Below the pieces are notes generated by a model. It was not told the origin of the DNA and did not search any database. It saw only the letters and a list, made by a program, of their open reading frames with translations. From positions 144,280 through 183,117 of the forward strand of contig NMRA01000593.1 in assembly GCA_002633005.1 (NCBI GenBank): a stretch of 38,838 nucleotides of DNA, read 5' to 3'. Positions 1-11,900 of the stretch are shown here, one piece after another. Each line of letters begins with the position of its first letter. Position 1 is the first letter of the stretch. A program made the position numbers and the translations under genes. The stretch comes from Phoronis australis. Taxonomy: Eukaryota; Animalia; Phoronida.

Positions 1-1553
1 TGGGGTAAAGCTCGTAACGCTAGAACTTCGCTAAAAAGCAAGAATTCATGAAATTACCTGATGTATTGTGTTTTTGAATTGAAAGCGTGATTTTGGCTAG
101 ATTTTTGTATTTCCCAAGACAGCTACTGAACTCTACCCTAGTCTGCGACCAGGGGCGCAAGGGTGAGAATCTCACGAACACGCTAGACTGAAGACGTCGA
201 GACGTTTGGTGAGGCATTGCAAACGAAGCACACGATCACACTATCTTCTTTAGCGAGATTCTTGCATCTGCGATGCTTATCAGAGAGCAACAGACAATTT
301 GCAAGGGTAATGAAACGTGGTTACGTGGATGTACATTAGTTTTTGATATGTGTTATAGCACACCGGCGCTTACACAACATAGGACAGGGATGCAATGTCT
401 CTGTAACAATTGCGTGTGCGCCGCGCCCCTTTCTGAGTGCTGGGCCTTGCACTATGTTTGATTTTTTAACCAGCTTTACTTTGGCTCCGTCTCATTCGGC
501 TGCGTCCTGTTCACTATCTACACTACTTTGAAGGCGCGATATCCTACGGACAGACTTAGCTGTGGCCTATTGTGAATGGGGTCTAAACAAAAAATATTTC
601 TCATCACGTCAAGAATAAAGTCGGGACACGTCGCCAGAGATTTTAGCCACTAACAAGGGCATTTGCAAAGGCCAGGACGTTTTGAAAATAAAAACGTTTC
701 GTAAACACGCAAGTTGATGTCAGGCGTGCAAGTTCAATGTCACAGTCCGAAGTCGAACAACACGGTCTAATTAAACCAAAGCACATGTTACGCTACAACG
801 AAAAACTGCAGCCTTCAGTGTATTTCCCATTTGTATTTTCACCAGAAATTTTCGTCATGCGGGACTCGGTGACTCTTTCCATAGCTAAAGCGCCAAACAC
901 AAGCTAAACGCAAGACAATCGAGTAACGGTCATGAGATCGTCAAGACAAGGTAAAAATTACAAAGCCCGTTACACCAATTCTCAGATTCAAGCCTTATAG
1001 AGTAGTAATCATCCGTTGAACGCTTTAGTGACACGGGAGTTGCGTCGATCCCAAATTAGCGTTTCTAAAATTTTCATTGTCCGAAAGTCGCGGGGCAAAA
1101 ATCCGACGTTTATGACATTGTCCGAAGTTCGAAGATCATTAAAAAACAGTTTTTGGACCTTGTACGAATTTCGTGGACTATGAAAAACTCATTTCGGAAA
1201 TATTTATTCTTGGTCGAAAATGGCGGGCCGTCCGAAAATCACGCGACTTTACCGTACTCATTTACATAAAAAATAGTAGCAAAACAAGACTTTAGCAAGA
1301 CTGCAATGATAACTGGTTCTCAGATGGTTCCTGGCACACCCAGAAGGCCCGGGGTAAGGGTTGTCTGTAACCTAGTACTTCGTTTGCATATTCACAATTT
1401 AATGAGACATACCTTCTTTAAGGGTGTAAAAATGGTTACATTTTCAAAGTCATTTTGCCTGCATCTGAACTAGATCCAAAAATTCTTCTTGGTAAACTTA
1501 CTTTCATTTTCTGAAATTTCGACTGTTAATGTCTTCTGCATTGCCGTTTTCAG

Positions 1554-1678
1554 TAAAACTGAATGGTGGACGCGTCGTCAGTGGTATTTTACGAGGCTTT
1601 GACCCGTTCATGAATCTCGTAATTGATGAGTCGATTGAAGAAACAAAGTCAGGAGAAAAACATTCAATAGGAATGGTG
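1554..1678 (+). CDS. SNRPG: Small nuclear ribonucleoprotein G (SmG), penultimate coding exon; earlier exons not found in the window
   Basis: ttttcag|TAAAACTG...ATGGTG|gtaagt; 125 nt encoding (L)[41 protein letters not shown], the SmG Sm1 motif (G.L.GFD.FMNLV.D). Confidence 0.95.
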
Positions 1679-2228
1679 GTAAGTAACTCACTGGGTGTCG
1701 TTGATTTTGTTCAGTAGGTGGTATGTTAAGGGACGTGTGGGAGGGGGGCACTGGGTTGTCCTCATTGTCTAAATGTCATGATAGAGATCTCCGCCCTGCT
1801 CTTTAGGTCCCGACAGAAGTTAAAATTTTGACATGAAAGCCCTTGGAAAGATTCAAGACTCGTTTTTTTCTAGATAGGCAATTAGTATACGAATTTAGGT
1901 AATAGTCACTTGCCTGCAATTTGAGAACCACTTTGCTCCACTGAATAACAGGCATCAAATTGCTTCTCAACATCCGGGGCCCTTGCAAGTGACAATTGTG
2001 TGAAATTTTATCACATTACCAAGTTTTTCACTTTCAAGTCTTTGCTGTGATTGTTTAAACAAGTTAAATAAGAAATGATTGTATTTAGTGATCAAAAACT
2101 CGATGAAATGGCAATACATTGACATTTGAGACGATACTTTTCTTGATGATTCAGCAATCCTAGAAAATTGCGCTCGTCTCTGTTGACATTGTCTGAAGTT
2201 TTAGTCTGGAAACCGATTGACTAGTCTG

Positions 2229-2274
2229 TGCTTTGTGTTGTGGTTGTCAGGGGAAACAGTATTGTACTACAAGC
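2229..2274 (+). repeat. Degenerate local duplicate of the SNRPG last intron/exon junction
   Basis: tgctttgtgttgt[----]ggttgtcaggggaaacagtattgtactac[---]aagc matches 2279-2331 except for deletions of tgta and tag. Confidence 0.9.
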
Positions 2275-2296
2275 TTTTTGCTTTGTGTTGTTGTAG

Positions 2297-2347
2297 GTTG
2301 TCAGGGGAAACAGTATTGTACTACTAGAAGCATTGGATCGGATATGA
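2297..2347 (+). CDS. SNRPG: SmG last coding exon
   Basis: ttgtag|GTTGTCAGGGGAAAC...ATATGA encodes VVRGNSIVLLEALDRI*, the Sm2 motif (cf. VIRGNSIIMLEALERV); phase 0 matches the preceding donor. Confidence 0.93.
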   Translation, partial: VVRGNSIVLLEALDRI

Positions 2348-2534
2348 TGAAGACCATCAATTGTTTCATAGACATTGTAATGAGTGGAATTAAGCACTAC
2401 ACTCCGGTATGCGGAGATGGTGCCCAAGACTCGGATTGTGGTGGATTGCGTGACGAGAGCTGTTAAAAACTCGTCACCATCGAGTCTCAGTGACTCTAAG
2501 ACCTTTCATGATTTTAATTGTTTTGTATGTAGAT

Positions 2535-2580
2535 AATACATTTTGTAACTATATCACCTGGTTTTATTTTCTTTGTTTTG
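2535..2580 (+). terminator. Candidate SNRPG polyadenylation region
   Basis: Variant hexamer AATACA at 2535-2540 followed about 20 nt later by a T/GT-rich tract (ggttttattttctttgttttg). Confidence 0.4.
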
Positions 2581-2826
2581 TGGATTCTAAGTAACTTTGA
2601 GGTTAGCGCTTTAAGAAAATCTCAAAAATTTTCATTGGAGGTAGACTGCACTTATGTCTCGTCGCATTGATTTCGCGGTTGCCCGTCTCAACCCAAGTTC
2701 TAAGTAAGAGTTTACGGCTAACAAAGGCCCTATTTTTTCTCACAAAAATGCTCATTGTTTTCAATGTAAAACATTCTCATACCTTCACATTGCATTTTAC
2801 AGCCAAATGTGTCTGCTTTCATTTGA

Positions 2827-3300
2827 CAGGGCTTGGAATTTTCCGCGGAAACGCGGATTTCCGCTTTTTTGAAATGTGCTTTCCGCTTTTTTTATATTTC
2901 CGCATAAAAAGATCGGATTTGATATGAAATTTCCGCGGCAAATTCCTTTCTTACCGCGGCGTTGCAGACGACGTTCACCTCGGAAAGTGGAAGTTGCTCT
3001 TTATGTTTTGGAGGAACGTAAATTGTCAACATTGCCAGGGCATCTGGGTAAAGCGTGGTGTGATTTTCAATGGTGGCTCGTGTTATTGCTAAGCAGCCAA
3101 AATTGTGTGGGTTGGGAGTGGACGAGCGAGCGAAAAGGACGCAGACGCATGCTACTGATGGTGGTAACTTTTTTTTTTTTTAGTCCTCCCGATTTTTGTC
3201 GCGGAAAGGTCCACATTGACCATTTCAAAGGCTGGTTATCGGGCATGATTTGGGCCGTAAAAGTTTCCGCGTTTTTTGTCATTGGTCATTCCAAGCCCTG
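2827..3300. mobile_element. 474-bp non-autonomous DNA transposon (MITE), hAT-like ends, 6-bp TSD
   Basis: 13-bp perfect TIR CAGGGCTTGGAAT / ATTCCAAGCCCTG; direct repeat ATTTGA at 2821-2826 and 3301-3306; several TTCCGC/GCGGAA subterminal motifs. Confidence 0.85.
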
Positions 3301-6300
3301 ATTTGATCACATCACTTTATTGCACAAGTACCTATCCACCCGTTGTGAACTGTACTCGAACACAGCAATACAGTTGTCGGAGCCAATGTAGAAAGTTGTA
3401 GTTGATACCATCAATGAATACATCCAGTTTATAGTTCTTGCATGATTAAAAAGCAAAGGAAATGTTTCTCACCTATTGCCCTGTTGGAAGAAGCATGACA
3501 ATGTTTTGATAATTTCAGACAAAATTAATTCCCTGAATTGCCCTTTGAAAAGGTAGTAACATAACTAATGACAATTATTTAAAACATTGTCCGATAGTCA
3601 TTATGGGCAGAAATCTGCTGCGATTTCAGGTGGCCCTTGAACAAGGCAGAATTGAGAAAAAAATAGCTGGACAACTACACTTATGGTAAACATTTTGGGA
3701 TCTGAATTAAATTTGCTTTCAGAATCTAGTGTTTGCCTATGTCCAACATGGGTAGGGAAGTAGTGCTTTGGGGCAGAAATGCGTTTTACTGCCATGTTTT
3801 TTCAAAGCCCAGCTAACCCTTTCAGTGGAGGTGAAATGGCCAAAAGTATGAAATAGTTTCTGTGAAACATCTCCCAACTTTTCATTCTATTCATGGTGAA
3901 ACGTCGCTCGATTAAAACTCACTGATCTGTTAGGTATTTTTCTATATTTTTTCGGTTTGTACATCTCATTTTTAACAAGTACAAAACATAATATTAATTC
4001 TTCGATATCTAAACAATTGCTACGTTTCCAAGCACTTAAAATAGAGCAGCACTTGCCTGGCAACTCCTTCAAAGATAATCCTCCCACATTAAACTGACTG
4101 GTAAGCTCAGACCAATGGATGAAAATCATCCGATTACTTTACCAACTGCTCAAATGTTTGTCATCGATATTGCACAAACGCTGCAAAGCATCAAGTCTGA
4201 CTAGTGGCGATGACGGCATGCCTGGCAAGAGATTACACGGAGGATGCAGTTGTTGTATCACATAACATCGGTGAATATACAGGCTCACAGAAAGACCCAG
4301 AGGAAGTCTAGTTAGTGAGAGTGGAAAATGATGTCGATTCATACAATACACGCTAGAGGTATTCCAATTAAATGCCCGGGAATTCAAGGTCACAATGGCT
4401 GAGTGGAAGCCAAATTCATCGCCAGTACAGTCTTCCTCCGGATTGAGAATAAAGAGAATTTCATCAGGAGAATATGGTTTCCAAGACATTTTGCAATTGG
4501 AATTTTGCTGCCAAAAATCATTACTAGTCATTTTCGCAGTTAAAAGAACTGTCCAGCAATCGTGACCAGGAAATGATATTTAGTCCAATGACTTCGCCTT
4601 GTACTGTGGGAAGATTAACCCTCAACAACAATTGATTAGCTTTTAAAGCATCCCTATTTAAGTTCAGCATATTTAATCATTGCATTCAGCAGCTGTTTTA
4701 TGGCGTGTATTGAATGTTTCTTTACTCAAACATAATTAGTAGCAACACAGTTCGGACACTTGCAATCAAACACAATAACATTCACAGAGTTTATGCGATA
4801 CAGGCCCCTCAACAGAGCAAAGAACTTCCAATAGCAATGAACAAGACAACAAGGGTATAAATACTGGATTAGAGCTTAGGAGGCACTGCTAGTTTTGTCT
4901 ACTCTATCCTGCCGAGAATAAGGCCAAGGCCCACTTGGGTCAACGCTAACATGGGTTAATGTTCACTACACAACTCCATCAGACAGCAAATTCACCCACG
5001 AGCCCAGTTGCCATTGACTATGCAGAGCATCACAACAGTTCTTCACCGTTATGATGAAAATGGTCTCCAATTCCTCTGCACGTATTGCGACTAACAAGGC
5101 TAGGTTTCCAGCTGCGGCATTCAAATGACACAGCAGCGCAGTACCTTTCACAGGAGCACACAACAGCAAGTCTTGTAAACATGTGTATTGACTCAAAATA
5201 ATTTACCCTGGGTCAGCATCAAGTATACTTAGTTCAAAGTACCCTCTTGCTAACTGAATACAATTTACACAAGAAATAATGGCTTTACAAAACGTTCATG
5301 TAGCATTAAAACTATATCCGGTGACATGACACCGTGGAGTACATGCCCCGAATAGCAGGAGAATATTGTACAAACTAATAATTAAGACGTGGCAAGTACC
5401 ATTGAGCTCAACTTAAAATCGGAATGAACTGAGCCTTTGAAATGGATACGCATTTGTAAATACTCGGCTATCCTCTTTATGTACAAAACACTATATTTAC
5501 ATCATACAACTAAATAGTTGAAAGGGTAGTTGAGCAACAAACAGAAAAACCTCGACAAGTTCAAGCGCGTCAGAAACCCGAGTCACACTCTGATGAAGTT
5601 ACATGTACACATAAATAAGAACGAAGCAACTACTTTAAATTTCAAGCTCGTTTCTATGCGAGGTTTAACAGTTTGTTGCCATGTATTTATCTTTGTTCAC
5701 CAACAACAGGAGTACTAATACTCAACCAATAAGTGCATGAATGTATGCTAGTCTGCGCAATATACATGCTTTGCGCTCACAGCTCTCGCAATTTATTACC
5801 GCGATGACTGACGCGTCTACGTTGTTATGGCACTTAAAAGCGACACCATGACCCTATCCAACACTCCGCAGTGCTAGTCTGTCAACAATCATCTACACTT
5901 ACAATGGGGGGGCAACACTAGGTGGTGCTAGTGATACATCAGTCTCACCTGCAGAGGTGCAAGCATTCTGGTACAGTCAAACCCGTGTTGAAACCTGTCT
6001 GGTTTACAACACTCGCTCGCATGTAACATTCCATTAGACAAGCCTCAAGCCACCGTGCTGAATTTGTTTACAAAATACTTCAACTACTATGAATGTTTTA
6101 GACAAACTTAGAAGGTATGCTACTATGCCACACGATCATGCGAAAGTAGATTTTTATTCCGTCAATTCGGACGTTAACAATAGGGACCTTTCCGCAATGC
6201 CACCGCCTAGTGAACACCTAGTCGGCCATATTCAACTAAACACAGTCATAGTATGCACGAATCACATTAGTGCCAGGTGGGTCATGATAGTTTTCTTGCT

Positions 6301-6779
6301 TAAAAGTCGATGATGATGATGCTTAGCATAATGCGACGCGAGGACCTTGACATGAACAGTAAGAAAGACTGATGAGCTAGCAGCGACGGTAGAGTTTGGA
6401 CAAGGTAAATAACAAAAATATTGAATAAGTCCGCCTCAATCGCGTACACGAATGATCACACATTGCTAATTGGCACAATCAAACTCACGCGAGTAGATAT
6501 GCCAGCCATGAATTGTAATTTTCCACAATAACTCATACCCAGACCTTGGCACAGAGTTACTAACGACAATGCAATTCAATTGCCGGCAACGACAGAAGCC
6601 ACTGACGAGCAGAACTGACTGCCACACTAACAAGAAGAGTATTAGTGTTGATCCCAAAAGTGTTACCATGACGACTGTAACACGGATGTTCACAGGGCTA
6701 CCTTTGGTTCGTCATTTCTGCCTGTCTAGACCACGACTTTGGACAAACACTGCTCTCCAGTCCATCATTTCCCCCCGGT

Positions 6780-7056
6780 CTAATCCTTGCCTTGAAATAT
6801 ATACAGGTTGTTTGTGGCAGCGACGGCGATGCTGTTCTGCGTTGGGTGCCATGCAGTGTGCAAGATCTTCTTATTGAAGTCGAGACAGTCAACACTAATC
6901 TCGTCCTTCTTGCGTTTCCCGCCAGCACAAACTTTGCGCGGCTTCAGAATTGTTTTGGGCTTCATGTTCTCACGACATGCCTCCAGAGTTACGTCCCGCT
7001 TTGTCTCTCGATCAAACATGCGGAAGAAGTTGTTGTAAGATCCAGTCATCACATAC
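6780..7056 (-). CDS. PPP2R2A: PP2A B55 last coding exon, second copy (likely allelic/assembly duplicate)
   Basis: ttttcag|G TAT GTG ATG...GAT TAG; same protein as 8674-8950, five nucleotide differences seen, all synonymous. Confidence 0.7.
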
Positions 7057-8673
7057 CTGAAAACACAGTTTATCTGAGAGTTAAAGTACAATGTACAATA
7101 TATCTTTCAAAGAAGGCCAAACCCTGAAAGAAACCAGACGCAATTTTACATGACTACAGCATTTGAAAATTAGAGGCAGAATTTTGCTTCAGGATTAATA
7201 AAACCCCATTTTCAGCAATGGATTTTGTCAATGTTTTCTCCTCAATGTGAGTCCGTGTTACATGCCAACCTCCTTTATTCAGACTAGTCAAGTTATTTAA
7301 AAACACTGATCAAAAATTGAACAGCTACTAGTTACTGCACGATACAACATGCATGAAACATCATCGTATAAGTGCACATCAGCTTTGCTGGGTAAACCAA
7401 TACTAGTATGAAGAAAATAATCTCTAACAAACCTAGTAAATAAGAGCAGGGTGGTTTCATTGAGTTATGTAGGCAGCCTACTTGACCCATCTACTTAAGG
7501 TAGTCGGGCACGGTAAGAAAGCCCCTTTTATCTACCTGTGATATCGAGTAGCTGTGGAGAAACCCCCTACTACACAAATGACACAGGCTAATGCAAGAAC
7601 ACAATTGTTGAACAGGTTAGAGCACCTAATCCACCAACAACCAACAACAAATTAAACAAGGATTTACAACACAAGGCACTGCTCGTTCACCTAAGGGAAA
7701 AGGTGCCTATGCCATCTGAGAATTTTGGAGGAGGGTAAAATCCTTCAGTCACCATCAATACCACCCCCATCCCCCCACTCTCATCAGCTGTCTCAAGTTG
7801 CCAATTTTTTTGTTTTGTGCCATTTCAAATCGTCACCTGTGTGAGTTACAACTGGTTCTAACATCAAGGTGAGTTTTTTAATCACNCGTGTTGAAACCTG
7901 TCTGGTTTACAACACTCGCTCGCATGTAACATTCCATTAGACAAGCCTCAAGCCAACGGTGCTGAATTTGTTTACAAAATACTTCAACTACTATGAATGT
8001 TTTAGACAAACTTAGAAGGTATGCTACTATGCCACACGATCATGTGAAAGTAGATTTTTATTCCGTCAATTCGGACGTTAACAATAGGGACCTTTCCGCA
8101 ATACCACCGCCTAGTGAACACCTAGTCGGCCATATTCAACTAAACACAGTCATAGTATGCACGAATCACATTAGTGCCAGGTGGGACATGATAGTTTTCT
8201 TGCTCAAAAGTCGATGATGATGATGCTTAGCATAATGCGACGCGAGGACCTTGACATGAACAGTAAGAAAGACTGATGAGCTAGCGGCGACAGTAGAGTT
8301 TGGACAAGGTAAATAATAAAAATATTGATTGAATAAGCCCACCTCAATCGCGTACACGAATGATCACACATTGCTAATTGGCACGTTCAAACTCACACGA
8401 GTAGATATGCCAGCCATGAATTGTAATTTTCCACAACAACTCGTACCCAGACAGAGTCACTAACGACAATACAATTCAACTGCCGGCAACGACAGAAGCC
8501 ACTGACGAGCAGAACTGACTGCCATACTAACAAGAAGAGTACTAGTGTTGATCCCAAAAGTGTTACCATGATGACACGGATGTTCACAGGGCTACCTTTG
8601 ATTCGTCATTTCTGCCTGTCTAGACCACGACCTTGGAAAAACACTGCTCTCCAGTCCATAATTTCCCCCCGGT

Positions 8674-8950
8674 CTAATCCTTGCCTTGAAATATATATAG
8701 GTTGTTTGTGGCAGCGACGGCGATGCTGTTCTGCGTTGGGTGCCATGCAGTGTGCAAGATCTTCTTATTGAAGTCGAGACAGTCGACACTAATCTCGTCC
8801 TTCTTGCGTTTCCCGCCAGCACACACTTTGCGCGGCTTCAGGATTGTTTTGGGCTTCATGTTCTCACGACATGCCTCCAGAGTTACGTCCCGCTTTGTCT
8901 CTCGATCAAACATGCGGAAGAAGTTGTTATAAGATCCAGTCATCACATAC
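8674..8950 (-). CDS. PPP2R2A: PP2A B55 exon 9 (last coding exon)
   Basis: ttttcag|G; [16 protein letters not shown]...[29 protein letters not shown]. Confidence 0.93.
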
Positions 8951-11900
8951 CTGAAAACACAGTTTAACTATGAGTTAAAGTACAATGTACAATATAACTT
9001 TCAAAGAAGGCCAAACCCTGAAAGAAACCAGATGCAATTTTACATGACTACAGCATTTGAAAATTAGAGGCAGAATTTTGCTTCAGGATTAATAAAACCC
9101 CATATTCAGCAACGGATTTTGTCAATGTTTTCTCCTAAATGTGAGTCCTTGTTACATAGTGATACCAACCTCCTTTATTCAGACTACTCAAGTTATTTAA
9201 AAACACTGATCAAAAATTGAACAGCTACTAGTTACTGCACGATACAACATGCATGAAACATCATCGTATAAGTGCACATCAGCTTTGCTGGGTAAACCAA
9301 TACTTGTATGAAGAAAATAATCTCTAACAAACCTAGTGAATAAGAGCAGGGTGGTTTCATTGAGTTATGTAGGCAGCCTACTTGACCCATCTACTTAAGG
9401 TAGTCGGGCACGGTAAGAAAGCCCCTTTTATCTACCTGTGATATCGAGTAGCAGGGGAGAAACCCCCTACTACACAAATGACACAGGCTAATGCAAGAAC
9501 ACAATTGTTGAACAGGTTAGAGCACCTAATCCACCAACAACCAACAACAAATTAAACAAGGATTTACAACACAAGGCACTGCTCGTTCACCTAAGGGAAA
9601 AGGTGCCTATGCCATCTGAGAATTTTGGAGGAGGGTAAAATCCTTCAGTCACCATCAATACCACCCCCATCCCCCCACTCTCATCAGCTGTCTCAAGTTG
9701 CCAATTTTTTTGTTTTGTGCCATTTCAAATCGTCACCTGTGTGAGTTACAACTGGTTCTAACATCAAGGTGAGTTTTTTAATCACCGAGGGAAGTTTTCA
9801 GCCTGACGAGGGGTATGGGTCCGATATTTGGAGGTACCGAAAGATCTGCAGCAATACATGTGGTTAACAGTAGTCACATTCTGGAGCTTATGCAATATGT
9901 TTTGACATGAGCAACATCATCGTTTCGACAGGTGTCATTTTAGAACAACAAAAGTCTGGCAGTTCACTATGTACGGGTGCAAAATTTGATCTCTTCCAAT
10001 GGATGAACTGACATTTATGTCAAGATTGTAAGTTTTCCTTTTAAGTTGGAAACCCGAAGTAATTGATAATCCAAAAATATGGTAAACTTTCCAGACATCC
10101 AGTCAGATGCTAACACAGACATACACTTATGCCAGAATAATTGGAGTTCTCCAAGAGAGGACTGTTTCAATCACTAACTGACATGCATGAGGACACCTGT
10201 GGACACACTGTCATTCACCCGAAACAACCCAAGCACAACACACAGCCGCCACCATCCTACCTGTCATTTCCACTCCAGGCACATTCGAACTTGTCAAAGA
10301 TGCAGTCGTTCTCATAGAGTGAGCAGAGTTTGCTGCGCAGGTACTCGTGCACCTGGTAGGTCTCCACCGGCCGCGTTTCCATCTGCAGGTCCCACACCTT
10401 TACACTGAGGTAGTCCCGTGTGATGAGGAAGCGTCCATTGTGACTGAACTTGACATCTGAGATACTGCTGATAATCTCAGAGAAGAAGCTGCGGTTGGTC
10501 GGGTCCTCTGGCTCCTCGAATACTGCGGGAGACAGTGTACCATATAAACAGCATTGCAATCTGCTAAACTGGCGTGTATAGAACATCACTTGACTAAAGT
10601 GTTTTGATCTTTACATTTGAAATAATTTATTTTGAAATTTACGTTCAACTTTTGTGTGAACTGAAGACTGCTCAGTCACCCCTGGTTCCTCGAACACTGC
10701 GAGGAGGTGCGCCTGTCAGATTTACGAAGACAATGTCTTGTACCAACAGCATTTTCATGTGCTGAATGGGTAAGTGTACATTTGATTTAGCGGTGTCGCA
10801 TTTGGAATATCAGTTCGGCATGACTTATAGCATGTACAGTGGAAACATCAGGACCATCTATTCCGAGTCAAGACTAATCAAGAACAATGACACATCATTC
10901 ATTCATGGATTGATTTGCCAAAGGACGAACTGGCAGTTCATTTCGTGAGACTGCTTGGCATGTGACATCACAAGTCCTGACCAGCTAACTTGTATCGCCC
11001 GATTTCAAACAATAACACACTGCTAGTTCTTCTGACACCTGGAAATCACTTCCAGTTCTACTACAGACCAATTTCAGACTTAAGATCACCGCTGTGCTTT
11101 AAATCCAAAGCTATTTCTGTGATGCAAGGTGGGTTCATTGCCACGACTACACATGGTAAGAGTTACTGAATAAGACATTTTCAGTAATCCCAACACAGCA
11201 ACACCCATTCACCACAGGTGTAACTCACACTTAAGACACTCACACATACATTTTGAGTGTTGATCACACAGCGCCTGCTCCCTCATGTCACACAATCGGA
11301 TGGTGCCTTTACTGCTACTGTACACAAACGTGTTACACTCGTTAGGGTGGAACTCGGCCGCCGTGATCACCTCCGTCAGCTCCTCCATGTTAGCCGGCTT
11401 AATATCCACAATGTCTGGGGAACGGGGTTAAGGGGTCACAATCAACGGCAAAAAACCTTAAGTCGAAAATGCGATTCAGCACGCATCCCTTTAACAAAGG
11501 CCAGACGCATCAACAGACTCGGTGGGCAATAGTCATTGACGAAATCAATGTTTTGTTTTGTTTTGGTGAAAGACAACTTCAGTGGGCAGAAAGGCATTTC
11601 AAGGCTCCACCTATAATGAGCTCTCTTCTTGCCAGCAAGGGGAAGAAAATGGTCATCTCATGCAAGCGGGCGTGTTTTCAGGGCACGACAACACCATGTA
11701 CAGTTTACAAAGCAATTCCCTGATGAGACTGTTTTGTAATACAGACAACAGCTGGTGTAGTTAGCTCAGGTTAGTATTGCCTGCAGCATGGATACAGCAA
11801 TCTTGGCAAACCCTGTCAATTTGAGTCGGGACAAGATTATTGTCCAGAGTGGCAGTGAGTCAGCATGTCACGGTACAACAACAGACTCTAAACACTCTGT

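Larger units (their letters stand above)
5984..9785. repeat. About 1.9-kb tandem duplication (5984-7885 / 7887-9785) joined by one N; probably two alleles assembled in tandem
   Basis: Both copies start cgtgttgaaacctg and end ttttttaatcac; N at 7886 lies exactly at the junction; copies differ by scattered SNPs and small indels. Confidence 0.9.

Noticed and set aside
740-1256. Possible DNA transposon end (GTCCGAA repeats, ...CGCGACTTTACCG|TA)
   Set aside because: Partner TIR not visible in the window, so boundaries and class cannot be supported
1-1553. SNRPG first exons (MSKAHPPELKK, YMDKKLS)
   Set aside because: No matching coding sequence found (no ATGGAY in the interval); they presumably lie upstream of the window
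2143-2196. C/D box snoRNA candidate in the SNRPG intron (TGATGA...CTGA)
   Set aside because: Only about 53 nt, weak terminal stem, no recognisable rRNA-complementary guide
4139-4531. 130-aa minus-strand ORF
   Set aside because: No recognisable domain or exon context; likely a chance ORF in UTR or intergenic DNA
6089-8971. Duplicated small ORFs (MNVLDKLRR..., MNIRV..., antisense ORFs)
   Set aside because: They recur only because of the 1.9-kb duplication, or are antisense/alternate frames of the B55 exon and UTR
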